Positions 18,791 to 28,903 of a stretch of DNA of 64,000 bases are shown here, in pieces. The notes under the pieces were generated by a model. That model did not search any database and was not told where the DNA came from. It was given only the letters and a program-made list of their open reading frames with translations. Origin of the DNA: Burkholderiales bacterium. GTDB taxonomy: Bacteria; Pseudomonadota; Gammaproteobacteria; Burkholderiales; JAEUOS01. Position 1 is the first letter of the stretch. Every line of letters starts with the position of its first letter. The DNA lies in assembly GCA_031423955.1 (NCBI GenBank), contig JANPGJ010000305.1, forward strand, positions 467-64,466, in the 5' to 3' direction. A program made the translations under genes and the position numbers.

Positions 18791-19810
18791 ATGAACTACG
18801 AATTCGAATTCGCAAGCGCTGAGAACATCGGCGACCGCAAGGAGCAGCAGGATCGAGTCGCATTCGCGACCCATCCGACGCAAGCTGACGTACTCATTGC
18901 AGTGCTGGCCGACGGCATGGGCGGGCACAAGGGAGGTGCGCGCGCCTCGCAGGCCGTAATAGACGCGGTGATGCCGATGTTCGAGACATTCGACCCCGAT
19001 GCCGGATCTGCGAAGGACTGGCTTGCAGGGATGATGCGCGCCGCGCATGAACGAGTGACCACGAAGGGCCGCGGCGAAAGCCGCGATCCACGATCAACCT
19101 GCGTGATGGCGCTGGTCAACAAGGGGCGGGTAGATTGGGCGCATTGCGGGGATAGTCGCCTGTATTTTTTTCGCCGCGGTGAGTTCATCAAGCGCACCGA
19201 GGATCATTCGATGGTGGAAGTGTTGGTCAAACAGGGCGAAATCACCGAGGAAGAAGCTCTATCGCATCCGGACCGCAGCAGGCTGTTCACCAGCCTCGGC
19301 GGCCCGGAGAATCCGCAAATCGCGTTCGGCTCGATGGATCAACTGGAGCCGGGCGACACGATCCTGCTCGCGTCTGACGGCCTTTGGGCATACTTCCGCA
19401 ATCGCGAACTGGCCGTCATTACCGACTACCGGGGATTGACAGATGCGTGCGATCGGCTGGTCGGCTTGGCGCGCCGCCGTGCCAACGGGAACGGCGACAA
19501 TATTACGGTCGCGATGGTTCGCCATGTAGGCAGCGCGACCCGGAGAGGTCTTCTGGGTGCGTTGTTCAGCGGCAGCAAGGCCAAACCCGTGACGCCATCG
19601 CCACTTGAGGATAGCCGCCGCTTCTTGCTGACCTACTTGCGTGGGGCCAAGGGTTCCGCGTCCGAGGCCATCGCGCGACAGGTCGAGCAATGCGCCGATA
19701 TTGCGGCAATGAGGGAACTGGTCGCAGCGCATTCCCAGGTGCTGGCCGCGATGACAAGCCCGGCCAAAGCGGCGAGTTTTGTCGAACGTGCATTGGATTT
19801 GCTCGACTAA
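18791..19810 (+). CDS. PP2C-family Ser/Thr protein phosphatase with a ~90-aa C-terminal helical extension
   Basis: From ATG 18791: MNYEFEFASAENIGDRKEQQDRV, then LADGMGGHKGG, LLASDGLW and GNGDNITVAMV (PP2C metal-binding motifs). The track start at 18686 is an upstream alternative codon that overlaps the divergent gene. Confidence 0.85.
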   Translation: MNYEFEFASAENIGDRKEQQDRVAFATHPTQADVLIAVLADGMGGHKGGARASQAVIDAVMPMFETFDPDAGSAKDWLAGMMRAAHERVTTKGRGESRDPRSTCVMALVNKGRVDWAHCGDSRLYFFRRGEFIKRTEDHSMVEVLVKQGEITEEEALSHPDRSRLFTSLGGPENPQIAFGSMDQLEPGDTILLASDGLWAYFRNRELAVITDYRGLTDACDRLVGLARRRANGNGDNITVAMVRHVGSATRRGLLGALFSGSKAKPVTPSPLEDSRRFLLTYLRGAKGSASEAIARQVEQCADIAAMRELVAAHSQVLAAMTSPAKAASFVERALDLLD

Positions 19811-20228
19811 GTGGTTCGCGCATCACGATGGTCGATGTGGCTCGGCTGCGCATCGCATCCGGCGACCCGATCGCCGCCGGCTTTTCCGATGCCGTCAGGC
19901 ACATGCCGACGCACATTGCCGATCGCTTCGGGCTTGCGGGATCACCGCGATCACACCACCGGCCGAGCCAGCCGGCAACGTCTGGCAAGTCCCGCACATG
20001 TGGCCATCATCCGCCGCCGACTCAATTCTCTGTCGTGTCGTTTTCTCCATTACACTCGTCAAGTATCAGCTGTCGAAGATCGATCGCGTGCATTGTTTGC
20101 CGATCGACTTGAATAAAGGTTGCCATATGTCTACGAATGGTTTCGCTGCTGGAAACGCTTACAATCTGCCCGCTGGTGCAGCCATGCCGGCCCGCGCAAT
20201 CAACGGCGTTCCGGTGGTTGGCGCCTGA

Positions 20229-21104
20229 ATGATCCAGGTTCGCAATATCCGCTATATACGGCTTGGCACTCGCAACCTCGAGGAGGCGACGCGGTTCGCG
20301 ACCCGCATTGTCGGCCTTCAGGAGGCCGGTCGTATTGGCGGAAGCCCGGGGGCGCAAGCCGCCGTGTATTTCAGGAGCGACAGCCGTCACCATACGCTGG
20401 TGTACTTTGAGGGTGATCCGGCCAATCAGGTGGTTGCTTTTGAAGTCGACGAGGTCCCCGCCCTGAAGGCAGCGGCGCGCCAGTTTGCGCAACAGGGCCT
20501 GGCCCCAAGAATCGGATCGCGCGACGAATGCGCGACCCGCAATGTAGCTGCCATGCTGGCGGTAAGCGATCCGAGCGGCAATGCGATCGAATTGGTTGTT
20601 CCGGCGCGCGATACCGACGCCGCTTTTGTCGCGCCGCGCGCCGCCGGAATCGCGGGGCTCGGTCATGTCGCCATGCGCAGCACCGACCCGGCCAGGGACG
20701 AGATCTTCTGGACCAGCTTGTTTGGCGCCCGCGTCTCGGACCGGATTGGAAATGCTCCAATGCTGCGCTTCGACGAAATGCATCATCGGGTAGCACTGCT
20801 GCCGGCAAATCGGCCCGGCATTGAGCATCTGGCGCACAACGTGTTCACGATCGACGATGTCATGCGTGCCTGGAATTTTATGCGCGAAAACGGCGTGCCC
20901 ATCGTGTTTGGTCCCGCACGGGAGCCCACGTCAACCGCCATCTACCTCCAGTTTGAAGGACCGGACGCCATGGTGTTTGAATTACTCACTGGCGCCAAGT
21001 TGATCGGCATGGATGCCAATCATCGGCCGCGTCACTTCCCGTTTGCGCCGCGCTCATTTTGCATGTGGGGCGGCAAACCCGATTTGACCGCGCTCAGCCG
21101 CTAG
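20229..21104 (+). CDS. VOC-superfamily protein, type I extradiol ring-cleavage dioxygenase-like (two-module glyoxalase fold)
   Basis: 291 aa in two similar halves (IRYIRLGTRNLEEATRFATRIVGL and LGHVAMRSTDPARDEIFWTSLFGARV), with His/Glu positions compatible with a 2-His-1-Glu site. Substrate unknown. Confidence 0.7.
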   Translation: MIQVRNIRYIRLGTRNLEEATRFATRIVGLQEAGRIGGSPGAQAAVYFRSDSRHHTLVYFEGDPANQVVAFEVDEVPALKAAARQFAQQGLAPRIGSRDECATRNVAAMLAVSDPSGNAIELVVPARDTDAAFVAPRAAGIAGLGHVAMRSTDPARDEIFWTSLFGARVSDRIGNAPMLRFDEMHHRVALLPANRPGIEHLAHNVFTIDDVMRAWNFMRENGVPIVFGPAREPTSTAIYLQFEGPDAMVFELLTGAKLIGMDANHRPRHFPFAPRSFCMWGGKPDLTALSR

Positions 21105-21251
21105 AAAACGGCGCGTGTCGCACCAACCGCGGGATCGGTTGTCTATCCTGCGCGCAGTCAGCGGCAGCATGCTTCACGCATTGCGTCGACAACCGCTTCG
21201 CACGCCATAGCCCGCGTCAGCCAGGCAACGCTGCGGTGCGATGTCGAGGCT

Positions 21252-22340
21252 TCAGCCTTTGCCGCCGTGGGTCGCCATAAAATTGTCGAAACTGTTTTCG
21301 CAGACCCGGAACCAAAGAATCTGTTCGTCGCGAAATCGCATCCACTGGTCATAGATTTTCTTGAATTCCGGACTCTTCGCCGACAATTCTGCGTAGAGAT
21401 CATTCGCCGCCTTGAACGAGGCTTCCATCATTGGCCTCGGGAATTGGCGCAACTGCGCGCCGCTTGCCACCAAGCGCTTGAGCGCTGCCGGATTGCCGAT
21501 ATCGTACTTCGCAGTCATCCATTGATTGGCCTCCGCGCAGGCGGCCTGGAGAGCGGCCTGGTAGTCCTTTGGCAGCGCCTCATAAGCCTTGAGACCAACG
21601 AAAAGAGTCAATGTTGCCGACCCTTCCCACCAACCAGGGTAGTAGTAATACTTGGCAACCTTGTGCAGACCGAGCTTCTCGTCGTCATAGGGGGCCACCC
21701 ATTCAGCGGCGTCAATCACCCCTTTTTCAAGTGCCGGATACAAGTCACCACCGGCAATCTGCTGCGGCACCAGACCGAGTTTCGCAAGCACCATTCCGCC
21801 AAGACCCCCAATCCGCATCTTCATGCCTTTGACGTCCGCCAGTGTCTTGATTTCCTTGCGATACCAGCCACCCATCTGGGCACCAGTGTTGCCCACCGGA
21901 ATACCCAGCACACTGTATGCCTTGTAGAACTCGTTCATCGCCTCGATACCACCGCCCAGGGTCATCCAAGCATTCTGCTGGCGGGTATTGAGCCCAAATG
22001 GCAGGGCGGTTCCGAATCCGAACGCCGGATTCTTGCCTATGTAGAAGTAACTGGCGGTCTGCCCGCATTCGACAGTGGTGTTTTGCACTGCATCAAGAAC
22101 CTGCAAAGCCGGCACAATCTCGCCCGGCCCGAATACCTTGATCTGGAATTTGTTGCTGGTAAGCTCGGCAACACGCTTGGCAACCAGTTCAACCGCGCCT
22201 ATCAAGGTATCGAGATTCTTGGGGTAGCTCGACGCCAAACGCCAGCGAACTTCGGGCGCCGACTGCGCCACCGCCGGTGCGGCGGACGCCGCAAGCACAG
22301 CTCCCAAGCCACCGTGTTTCAAGAATTTTCTACGTTGCAT
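21252..22340 (-). CDS. DctP-type TRAP-family periplasmic solute-binding protein (mannitol/chloroaromatic subgroup) with a Tat-type signal
   Basis: From ATG 22340: MQRRKFLKHGGLGAVLAASAAPAVAQS (twin-arginine signal). Family-typical blocks follow: WRLASSYPKNLDT, LDAVQNTTVECGQTASYFY, NTGAQMGGWYRKEI, YPALEKGVIDAAEWVAPYDDEKLG, YYYPGWWEG. Confidence 0.85.
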   Translation of the reverse strand: MQRRKFLKHGGLGAVLAASAAPAVAQSAPEVRWRLASSYPKNLDTLIGAVELVAKRVAELTSNKFQIKVFGPGEIVPALQVLDAVQNTTVECGQTASYFYIGKNPAFGFGTALPFGLNTRQQNAWMTLGGGIEAMNEFYKAYSVLGIPVGNTGAQMGGWYRKEIKTLADVKGMKMRIGGLGGMVLAKLGLVPQQIAGGDLYPALEKGVIDAAEWVAPYDDEKLGLHKVAKYYYYPGWWEGSATLTLFVGLKAYEALPKDYQAALQAACAEANQWMTAKYDIGNPAALKRLVASGAQLRQFPRPMMEASFKAANDLYAELSAKSPEFKKIYDQWMRFRDEQILWFRVCENSFDNFMATHGGKG

Positions 22341-22397
22341 GATGTCTCCCGTTACTCGCATTTTTTGTAAGCTGCAGACCTGTCATCGTTGCAATGC

Positions 22398-23111
22398 TCA
22401 AACCCCGACAAATTGATGCAGGATCGCCGGTTGCGCACGCAGACTGTCCGACGATCCGTTCCATACGACCCTGCCCTTTTCGACAATATAGTGCGTATCT
22501 GCGAGCCTGAGCAAGGGCCCGATGTTTTTGTCGATGACCACCACGGTCTGTCCGCCTGCCTTCAAACTTGCCAGGCAATGCCAGATTTCCTCGCGGACGA
22601 GCGGTGCCAGACCTTCGGTGGCTTCGTCGAGGATCAGAAGACGTGGATTGGTCATCAAAGCCCGTCCGATGGCAACCATTTGCTGTTCACCGCCCGACAG
22701 ATTGGCGCCAAGATTCCGGTCCCTCTCTTGCAGGCGCGGAAACAGCGCATATACCTTTTCCAAGGTCCAGGGATTCGCCGCCGCCGCCCGATTGTTGGAG
22801 GTCGCCACCAGGTTTTCCCTGACCGACAAATTGGGGAACACCTGTCGGCCTTCAGGCACCAGTCCGATGCCGAGCTGGGCCACCCGATAGGCGGGCATAC
22901 CACGCAGCTCGCGCCCGCGAAAGACAATCGCGCCCTGCCGCGGCTGCAACAAGCCCATGATGCTGCGGATCATGGTGGTCTTGCCCATGCCGTTGCGGCC
23001 GATCAGTGTCGCGAATTCACCTTGACGGACGCCAAAGCTCATGCCGAACAAGGCCTGACTCGCGCCATAGAAAGTCTCGACTGATGCGACCTCGAGCAGC
23101 GCCTCTGTCAT
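22398..23111 (-). CDS. livF: branched-chain-amino-acid-type (HAAT) ABC transporter ATP-binding protein, LivF-like
   Basis: Walker A GRNGMGKTT, signature LSGGEQQMVAIGRAL, Walker B LLILDE. ATG at 23111 overlaps the livG stop (ATGA). Confidence 0.9.
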   Translation of the reverse strand: MTEALLEVASVETFYGASQALFGMSFGVRQGEFATLIGRNGMGKTTMIRSIMGLLQPRQGAIVFRGRELRGMPAYRVAQLGIGLVPEGRQVFPNLSVRENLVATSNNRAAAANPWTLEKVYALFPRLQERDRNLGANLSGGEQQMVAIGRALMTNPRLLILDEATEGLAPLVREEIWHCLASLKAGGQTVVVIDKNIGPLLRLADTHYIVEKGRVVWNGSSDSLRAQPAILHQFVGV

Positions 23112-23860
23112 GCCGCTATCTCGTCGCCAAGGTAGGCTTCCCTGACCGCGCGATTGCTGCGGATCTCGCCAGGTGACCCGGTGGCGATGATGCATCCGTA
23201 TACCAGCACGGAAATACGATCGGCGAGCGCGAATACCGCGTCCATATCGTGCTCGACCAGCATGATGGCGTAGCGCCCCTTGAAGGAGCGGATCAGCGAA
23301 ATCATTTCCTCCGATTCTTGCTGGCTCATGCCGGCCATCGGCTCGTCGAGCAACAGCAAGCTCGGATTGCCGGCAAGGGCCATTGCGAGTTCGAGTTGGC
23401 GATGCTCGCCGTGGGCCATTGCCGCCACCGTAGCGTGCGCGCGCTCGCCCAGCCCAACCTGACCAAGCGCTGCGACCGCCGTTTCGATCAGGCTCGCGTC
23501 GGTCGCGACCGGGCGCATGAACGAAAACCGGCCACTCGTATGCGCTTGAACTGCGAGCATCACATTTTCGAGTGCGGTGAATTCGCGAAAAATCTGGCTG
23601 ATCTGGTAGGAACGGCCAAGACCGGCGAGTGCCCGTGCCGGTACGGACGCATTGGCCAAATCGTGCCCCATGAAAACGACGGTGCCGGCATCCGGACGCA
23701 ATTCCCCTGCGAGTTGCGCAATCAAAGTGGTCTTGCCGGCGCCATTCGGGCCGATGATGGCATGGACTTCGCCGGGCAGAATCTCGAAACTGACGTGATC
23801 GGTGGCTGTCAAGCCGCCAAATCGCTTGACCAGTCCGTCAACTATCAACACCGGCTTCAT
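23108..23860 (-). CDS. livG: HAAT ABC transporter ATP-binding protein, LivG-like
   Basis: Walker A GPNGAGKTT, Walker B LLLLDEPMAGM, and the LivG-type C-terminal EAYLG. ATG at 23860 overlaps the livM stop (ATGA). Confidence 0.9.
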   Translation of the reverse strand: MKPVLIVDGLVKRFGGLTATDHVSFEILPGEVHAIIGPNGAGKTTLIAQLAGELRPDAGTVVFMGHDLANASVPARALAGLGRSYQISQIFREFTALENVMLAVQAHTSGRFSFMRPVATDASLIETAVAALGQVGLGERAHATVAAMAHGEHRQLELAMALAGNPSLLLLDEPMAGMSQQESEEMISLIRSFKGRYAIMLVEHDMDAVFALADRISVLVYGCIIATGSPGEIRSNRAVREAYLGDEIAA

Positions 23861-24837
23861 GAACGCCGATCTGTCGCAAGGAAGCCATAGAGGCCACGCT
23901 TGGCATAGAGCACGACCAGAATCACGAAGACACCGATCACCAATTGCCAATGCGTGTTGATGACCTCTTCGGCCGGCGGATAGATACCAGGCTTCCAGCC
24001 CTGCAATGCCTCTTCAAGCAGCAACAATACCGCCGCCCCAATGACCGGGCCAAACAAGGTAAGTGTGCCGCCAAGAACAACCATCACGATCAGTTCGCCC
24101 GAGACACTCCACTGCATGTAGGAAGGCGACGCGAATTTCGTGAGATTCGCAAGAAAAAATCCCGCCAGCGAACACACCATCGCTGAAACGATGTAGGCGA
24201 CCAGCTTGTAGCGGAAGGTCGGATACCCAAGCGCGAGCATTCGTCGTTCGTTCGACTTGATGCCTTTCAGGGCGAAACCAAAGCCGGCGCCGAGCATCCT
24301 GTTGAAAAACCATAGCGCGCCGAACAGTGAAGCGAGAATCGCGTAATACAAGGTCGTGTTGTTGCCAAGGTCAATCACGCCGAAGGCGCTGCGCGAACCT
24401 ATGGTGAGGCCATCGTCGCCACCGTAGTGTTTGAGGCTGACCGCGAGGAAATAGCCCATTTGCGCAAACGCCAGTGTGATCATGATGAATGTCATGCCAC
24501 CGGTGCGAACGACCACCGCGCCAATCACGGTGGCGAACAGTCCACCAACCGCCAGCGCAGCAAGCAAATGCAGCCAGCCATTGCCAATGCCGTGAAACGA
24601 CAGGATGCCGACTGCATACGCGCCCAAACCCACGTACAGCGCATGGCCGAAGCTGACGAGGCCACCGAACCCAAGCACGAAATTGAGCGCAAGTGCCGCC
24701 AGTGCATAAATCATGATGCGCGAAAAAAGGGTTACGTAAAAACCCTGTCCGCTAAGCTCGGCGTAAGCAGGTAGCAGAGCAAGCCCGACGAGCACACAAG
24801 CCGGGATCCAGAATCGCCTGGAACGGAAGTCAACCAT
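23857..24837 (-). CDS. livM: HAAT ABC transporter permease, LivM-like
   Basis: Polytopic membrane protein of 326 aa with LivM-type organisation. Its start overlaps the livH stop by 8 nt. Confidence 0.9.
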   Translation of the reverse strand: MVDFRSRRFWIPACVLVGLALLPAYAELSGQGFYVTLFSRIMIYALAALALNFVLGFGGLVSFGHALYVGLGAYAVGILSFHGIGNGWLHLLAALAVGGLFATVIGAVVVRTGGMTFIMITLAFAQMGYFLAVSLKHYGGDDGLTIGSRSAFGVIDLGNNTTLYYAILASLFGALWFFNRMLGAGFGFALKGIKSNERRMLALGYPTFRYKLVAYIVSAMVCSLAGFFLANLTKFASPSYMQWSVSGELIVMVVLGGTLTLFGPVIGAAVLLLLEEALQGWKPGIYPPAEEVINTHWQLVIGVFVILVVLYAKRGLYGFLATDRRS

Positions 24838-25750
24838 GGCGCACCGGAAACAATCCCTGGGGACGTAGGGCCAGAACCAAGGCCATCAACAGGTAGATGA
24901 GCATCGAGGCGATGGCCGGGCCGGCCGCCTGTGCGACCGACCTTTCAACCAGCGACTGGAGAATCACCGGGAGAAAGGCACGGCCAATCGTATCGACCAA
25001 CCCGACAATGAGTGCGCCGTAGAACGCGCCTCGTATGGACCCGATCCCGCCGGTGACGATCACTACCAGTGTCAGAATCAGGACCGGCTCCCCCATGCCG
25101 GGCTGGACCGAAAGTATCGGCCCGGCCATCAGGCCGGCAAGTCCGGCAAGCCCGGCCCCGGCTGAGAACACCATGCTGTTTAGAAGGCGAATGTCGACCC
25201 CCAATGCGGAGACCATTTCCGCATTGGATGCGCCCGCCCGGATCAGCATTCCGAGCCGGGTCTTGTTGATCATCCAGTAAAGGCCCGCAGCTACCGCCAG
25301 ACCTACCGCAATGATTGCGAATCTGTACGACGGATAACTGAGGCCAAACAACGCTACCTGGCCGGCCAACGCGTCAGGTGCATTCATGTATATCGACGAA
25401 GGTCCCCAGACGAAGCGCACGATTTCGTTGAATACCAGGATCAGGCCAAAGGTCGCCAGCACCTGATCAAGATGGTCGCGTGCATATAGGGGAGTCAGGG
25501 CAAGGCGCTCGATTGCCAGACCGAGCAGCATGGTCGCGGCAATCGCAATCGCAGCAGCCAACAAGAACGACCCGGTGCCGGCAAACGCCGCGGCGGCGAA
25601 GTAGGCGCCCATCATGTAGAGGGAACCATGCGCCAGATTCACAAAGTTCATGATTCCGAACACAAGCGTAAGCCCGGCAGCCAGCAGGAAGAGCAATATA
25701 CCGAGCTGCAGGCCGTTAAGCACCTGCGTCAAGACGAGGCCCCAGGTCAT
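24830..25750 (-). CDS. livH: HAAT ABC transporter permease, LivH-like
   Basis: The N-terminus QVLNGLQLGILLFLLAAGLTLVFGIMNFVNLAHGSLYMMGAY is typical of LivH. 306 aa, polytopic. Confidence 0.9.
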   Translation of the reverse strand: MTWGLVLTQVLNGLQLGILLFLLAAGLTLVFGIMNFVNLAHGSLYMMGAYFAAAAFAGTGSFLLAAAIAIAATMLLGLAIERLALTPLYARDHLDQVLATFGLILVFNEIVRFVWGPSSIYMNAPDALAGQVALFGLSYPSYRFAIIAVGLAVAAGLYWMINKTRLGMLIRAGASNAEMVSALGVDIRLLNSMVFSAGAGLAGLAGLMAGPILSVQPGMGEPVLILTLVVIVTGGIGSIRGAFYGALIVGLVDTIGRAFLPVILQSLVERSVAQAAGPAIASMLIYLLMALVLALRPQGLFPVRHG

Positions 25751-25940
25751 GCGCAGTTCACGATTCGGCGGGCGTTGTCAGAGGCACGCTCTATCCGGCA
25801 ACAGCGGAGCGCAAGGCGCGTTCACATCAGACTTCGCTGCCAGCAACGTGGAATCCATATGACCATCTCTCAACATCCTGCAACTCCAGCGCAAATATTT
25901 CCATTCCCGCAACGCAGGCCCGATCACGTCGATAGTGCCG

Positions 25941-26975
25941 TCAAGCAATCGCGGCAATTGTACGGGTTGCCTCTGCAAAGCGGCTCGATTGCCGCAATTC
26001 ACCGATCGCTTTCGGTGCCGACGGCCGTATCAGGCGCTCGAGTCTGTGCGCCGGCACGGCGTCCGTTCCGCAGGCGGCAAGTCCTGCCAGCAATTCATCG
26101 GCACCGGCCCCATCGTTGCACAGCAGCACCATGTCGCAGCCGGCGGCTAGCGCCGCCTGTGCCCGCGCAGTCACCCCGCCGACACCCTTGGCGCCTTCCA
26201 TCGACAGGTCATCGCTGAATATGATGCCGTCAAAATGAAGGGTCTTGCGCAGGTAGGTGATCCAGACCGGGGAGAAGCCTGCCGGCCGCGCATCGACCTC
26301 AGGGTAGATCACGTGCGCCGGCATCATCGCTGCCAGCCCGGCTGCCACCATACGTTGAAACGGAACAAGATCGGAAACTTCAATCGCCGCCAGCGGCCGA
26401 TCGTCAATCGGGATTTCATGGTGTGAATCGGCGGCGACGTGCCCATGTCCGGGAAAATGTTTGCCGCAAGCCGACAAACCGCCATCGGCAAGGCCTTGCT
26501 GCAAAGCTGCCGCCAACGCCGCAACCGTTTCAGGATCGCCGTGAAACGCTCGGTCACCAATCACGCTGCTGGCACCATAGTCGAGATCAAGCACTGGTGC
26601 AAAGCTCAAGTCAACACCACAGGCCCTGAGTTCGGCAGCCAGCACGAACCCGCAGGCGCGCGCGGCCTTGAGGGCATCGTCTTCCCTTGTGTCCCACAGG
26701 TGCCCGAGTGCCCGCATTGGAGGAATCCTGGTGAATCCCTCGCGGAATCGCTGTACCCGCCCGCCTTCGTGATCCACCGCAATCAGCAGGCGGGGCGTGC
26801 GCAACGCATGAATCGCACTGGTCAATTCGACGAGTTGCGCCACCGACTCGAAATTGCGGCTGAAAAGTATCACCCCGCCCACCTGCGGGTGGGACAGCCG
26901 CAATTTCTCGGCAGGTGTAAGAATCAATCCGTTGACATCGACCATGGCACGGCCGAGCGGAATACTTGCAGTCAT
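25941..26975 (-). CDS. nagZ: beta-N-acetylhexosaminidase NagZ (GH3)
   Basis: Motifs [15 protein letters not shown] and [10 protein letters not shown]. Its ATG overlaps the acpS stop (ATGA at 26972-26975). Confidence 0.9.
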   Translation of the reverse strand: MTASIPLGRAMVDVNGLILTPAEKLRLSHPQVGGVILFSRNFESVAQLVELTSAIHALRTPRLLIAVDHEGGRVQRFREGFTRIPPMRALGHLWDTREDDALKAARACGFVLAAELRACGVDLSFAPVLDLDYGASSVIGDRAFHGDPETVAALAAALQQGLADGGLSACGKHFPGHGHVAADSHHEIPIDDRPLAAIEVSDLVPFQRMVAAGLAAMMPAHVIYPEVDARPAGFSPVWITYLRKTLHFDGIIFSDDLSMEGAKGVGGVTARAQAALAAGCDMVLLCNDGAGADELLAGLAACGTDAVPAHRLERLIRPSAPKAIGELRQSSRFAEATRTIAAIA

Positions 26976-27358
26976 GGGGAGCCTCGTTCCAAAATGATGC
27001 AGGCAAGCGCATAGTCACGCTCGTCGGACAGGGAAACATGCCAGCCGTCGATGCCCAGTTGCCTCAACAAGGCAGCTAGTTCGGCGCCGAATTCCATCCG
27101 CGGCTGCCCTGAAGGACCATTTGCGATCGCCATTTGATGCCAGGTGTTGGCCGAACTGGACGGCTGCCCGAACGCTTTGAAAAACGCCTCCTTTGCAGCA
27201 AATCGCTTGGCCACGTACGGCGCACCATCAGCCAGACCCGCATAAACGTGCTGCTCCGATTCGGCGAGAACACGAAGCGCAAAGCGTCCGTCATGCCGTT
27301 GCAAAGCGCGCCGGATTCGTTCGATCGACACGATGTCGGTGCCAATTCCCGCGATCAA
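26972..27358 (-). CDS. acpS: holo-[acyl-carrier-protein] synthase
   Basis: [12 protein letters not shown] lies at the N-terminus if the TTG at 27358 is used (GGGAG about 8 nt upstream). The track start TTG at 27418 overlaps pdxJ by 29 nt and adds an Arg-rich tail. Confidence 0.8.
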   Translation of the reverse strand: MIAGIGTDIVSIERIRRALQRHDGRFALRVLAESEQHVYAGLADGAPYVAKRFAAKEAFFKAFGQPSSSANTWHQMAIANGPSGQPRMEFGAELAALLRQLGIDGWHVSLSDERDYALACIILERGSP

Positions 27359-27389
27359 GCTGCCACTCCCGGCATGCCGGCCTTTCCGC

Positions 27390-28133
27390 TCAGGCCAACT
27401 GCGGACGCCGCGCCGCAAGCATCAAGGCCTTCATGTCCCTTACCGCCACCTGCCAGCCTCGGAACACAGATTCGGCGACGATGGCATGGCCGATATTGAG
27501 TTCGCTGATCCCGGCGATGGCAGCGACGGCGGCGGTATTGTCGTAGTTCAAGCCATGGCCCGCGTTGACTATCAGACCAAGCTTCCGCGCGAGGTCGACG
27601 CCTTGTCTGATCATGTCCAGTTCGGCTGCTGCGGCTTCGCCACTGAGGTCAGAAAAATGGCCAGTGTGGATTTCGATGACCGGCGCACCGACCGCCCGTG
27701 CAGCCTCGATCTGCTGTGGATCGCGACTGATGAACAACGAAACCCTGATGCCGGCCTCGGTAAGCAGTCGCACTGCATCGCGAACCCGATCAAACTGCCC
27801 GATCACGTCAAGGCCGCCTTCGGTGGTGAGTTCCATGCGCCGCTCGGGAACCAGGCAAACATCGTGCGGCCTGACCTTCACAGCGATTTGCAGCATGTCC
27901 CGTGTGATCGCAGCTTCAAGATTCATGCGCGTCTTGAGCAGGCCGCGCAGTTCGAATACGTCACGATCCTGGATGTGGCGTCGATCCTCGCGCAAATGCA
28001 GCGTGATTAAATCCGCACCGGCCTCTTCGGCCAGAAGTGCTGCGCGAACGGGATCGGGATATCGGGTTCCGCGAACCTGTCGCAAGGTGGCTACGTGGTC
28101 AATGTTGACGCCAAGTTTTATTTGATCGTTCAT
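27390..28133 (-). CDS. pdxJ: pyridoxine 5'-phosphate synthase
   Basis: [17 protein letters not shown]-terminal signature; 247 aa. Its ATG overlaps the recO stop (ATGA). Confidence 0.95.
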   Translation of the reverse strand: MNDQIKLGVNIDHVATLRQVRGTRYPDPVRAALLAEEAGADLITLHLREDRRHIQDRDVFELRGLLKTRMNLEAAITRDMLQIAVKVRPHDVCLVPERRMELTTEGGLDVIGQFDRVRDAVRLLTEAGIRVSLFISRDPQQIEAARAVGAPVIEIHTGHFSDLSGEAAAAELDMIRQGVDLARKLGLIVNAGHGLNYDNTAAVAAIAGISELNIGHAIVAESVFRGWQVAVRDMKALMLAARRPQLA

Positions 28134-28903
28134 GCCTGCTGCAGTGCAAAAAATATTTGGCGGGTTGCGATCCGCCTGCCATTGAGCTGGCGCTCGATCA
28201 AGGTGCGCATCAACTGTTTGGCGAGGTTCGCCGTTTGCGGATCGGAAAAATCATTGCGCGCGATGGCCAGTGCGTCGGCGCCGCTGAGTTCGCGCTCCAC
28301 CCTTTCGCCATGATGCAATCGACGCAGTCCCTGTTCCGGAAGGTAGGCATAGCGCGCCCGCGGATCGACGGCATCCCCGGTTGCGGCCTCGATCGTAAGA
28401 TCGATCGCGTACCCGATTTCGCGCAACATTTCCATCTCGAAGACCCGCAACACGTCCGCACCTCGCGCGCCGCTTGCCAATTGCATCAGTGCAGATTCAT
28501 AGCAATCGAACAGGCGCTCGTGAGGATCATCCCGTTCGAGAAGCTTGAGCAGCAGTTCATTGAGATAAAACCCGCAAAACAAGGCCGGATGCCCGAGGCT
28601 AGGAACCCCTCCAAGCCACTCGGCACCGGTCAGGTTGCGCAAGTCCCCTTTCCCGGTCCATGACAAGGCGACTCGCTGAAACTGCATCAGGACTCCGCGC
28701 AACGCCGATCTCGGTCGTTTGGCCCCTTTTGCCAGCAGCGGTACCCTACCGTGATCGCGCGTGAACGACTCAATGATCAGGCTCGACTCGCTGTAAGGGT
28801 ACATATGCAACACATAGCCCGCCTGATCGCTGTGTCGCCGCGCGGCAACTTGATGGGAGGGCGCCCGTCGAACATCGGCAGTAACGCCGTCGCCCCGCCC
28901 CAT
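28130..28903 (-). CDS. recO: DNA repair protein RecO
   Basis: [25 protein letters not shown] (OB-fold N-terminus) and the conserved position between era and pdxJ. Its ATG shares 1 nt with the era stop. Confidence 0.85.
   Translation of the reverse strand: MGRGDGVTADVRRAPSHQVAARRHSDQAGYVLHMYPYSESSLIIESFTRDHGRVPLLAKGAKRPRSALRGVLMQFQRVALSWTGKGDLRNLTGAEWLGGVPSLGHPALFCGFYLNELLLKLLERDDPHERLFDCYESALMQLASGARGADVLRVFEMEMLREIGYAIDLTIEAATGDAVDPRARYAYLPEQGLRRLHHGERVERELSGADALAIARNDFSDPQTANLAKQLMRTLIERQLNGRRIATRQIFFALQQA

Noticed and set aside
19165-19171. T7 homopolymer inside the PP2C coding sequence (also a G7 run at 14446-14452 between ndk and rlmN) as possible phase-variation tracts.
   Set aside because: The tracts are short. 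The T-run simply encodes Tyr-Phe-Phe in frame. There is no evidence of variation from a single sequence.
19828-20112. 94-codon ORF (MVDVARLRIASGDPIAAGFSDAVRHMPTHIADRF...) downstream of the PP2C gene.
   Set aside because: The first ~35 codons have coding-like third-position GC, but the rest is Ser/Pro/His/Cys low-complexity. There is no SD. At best it is a decayed gene remnant, and I cannot support it as a gene.
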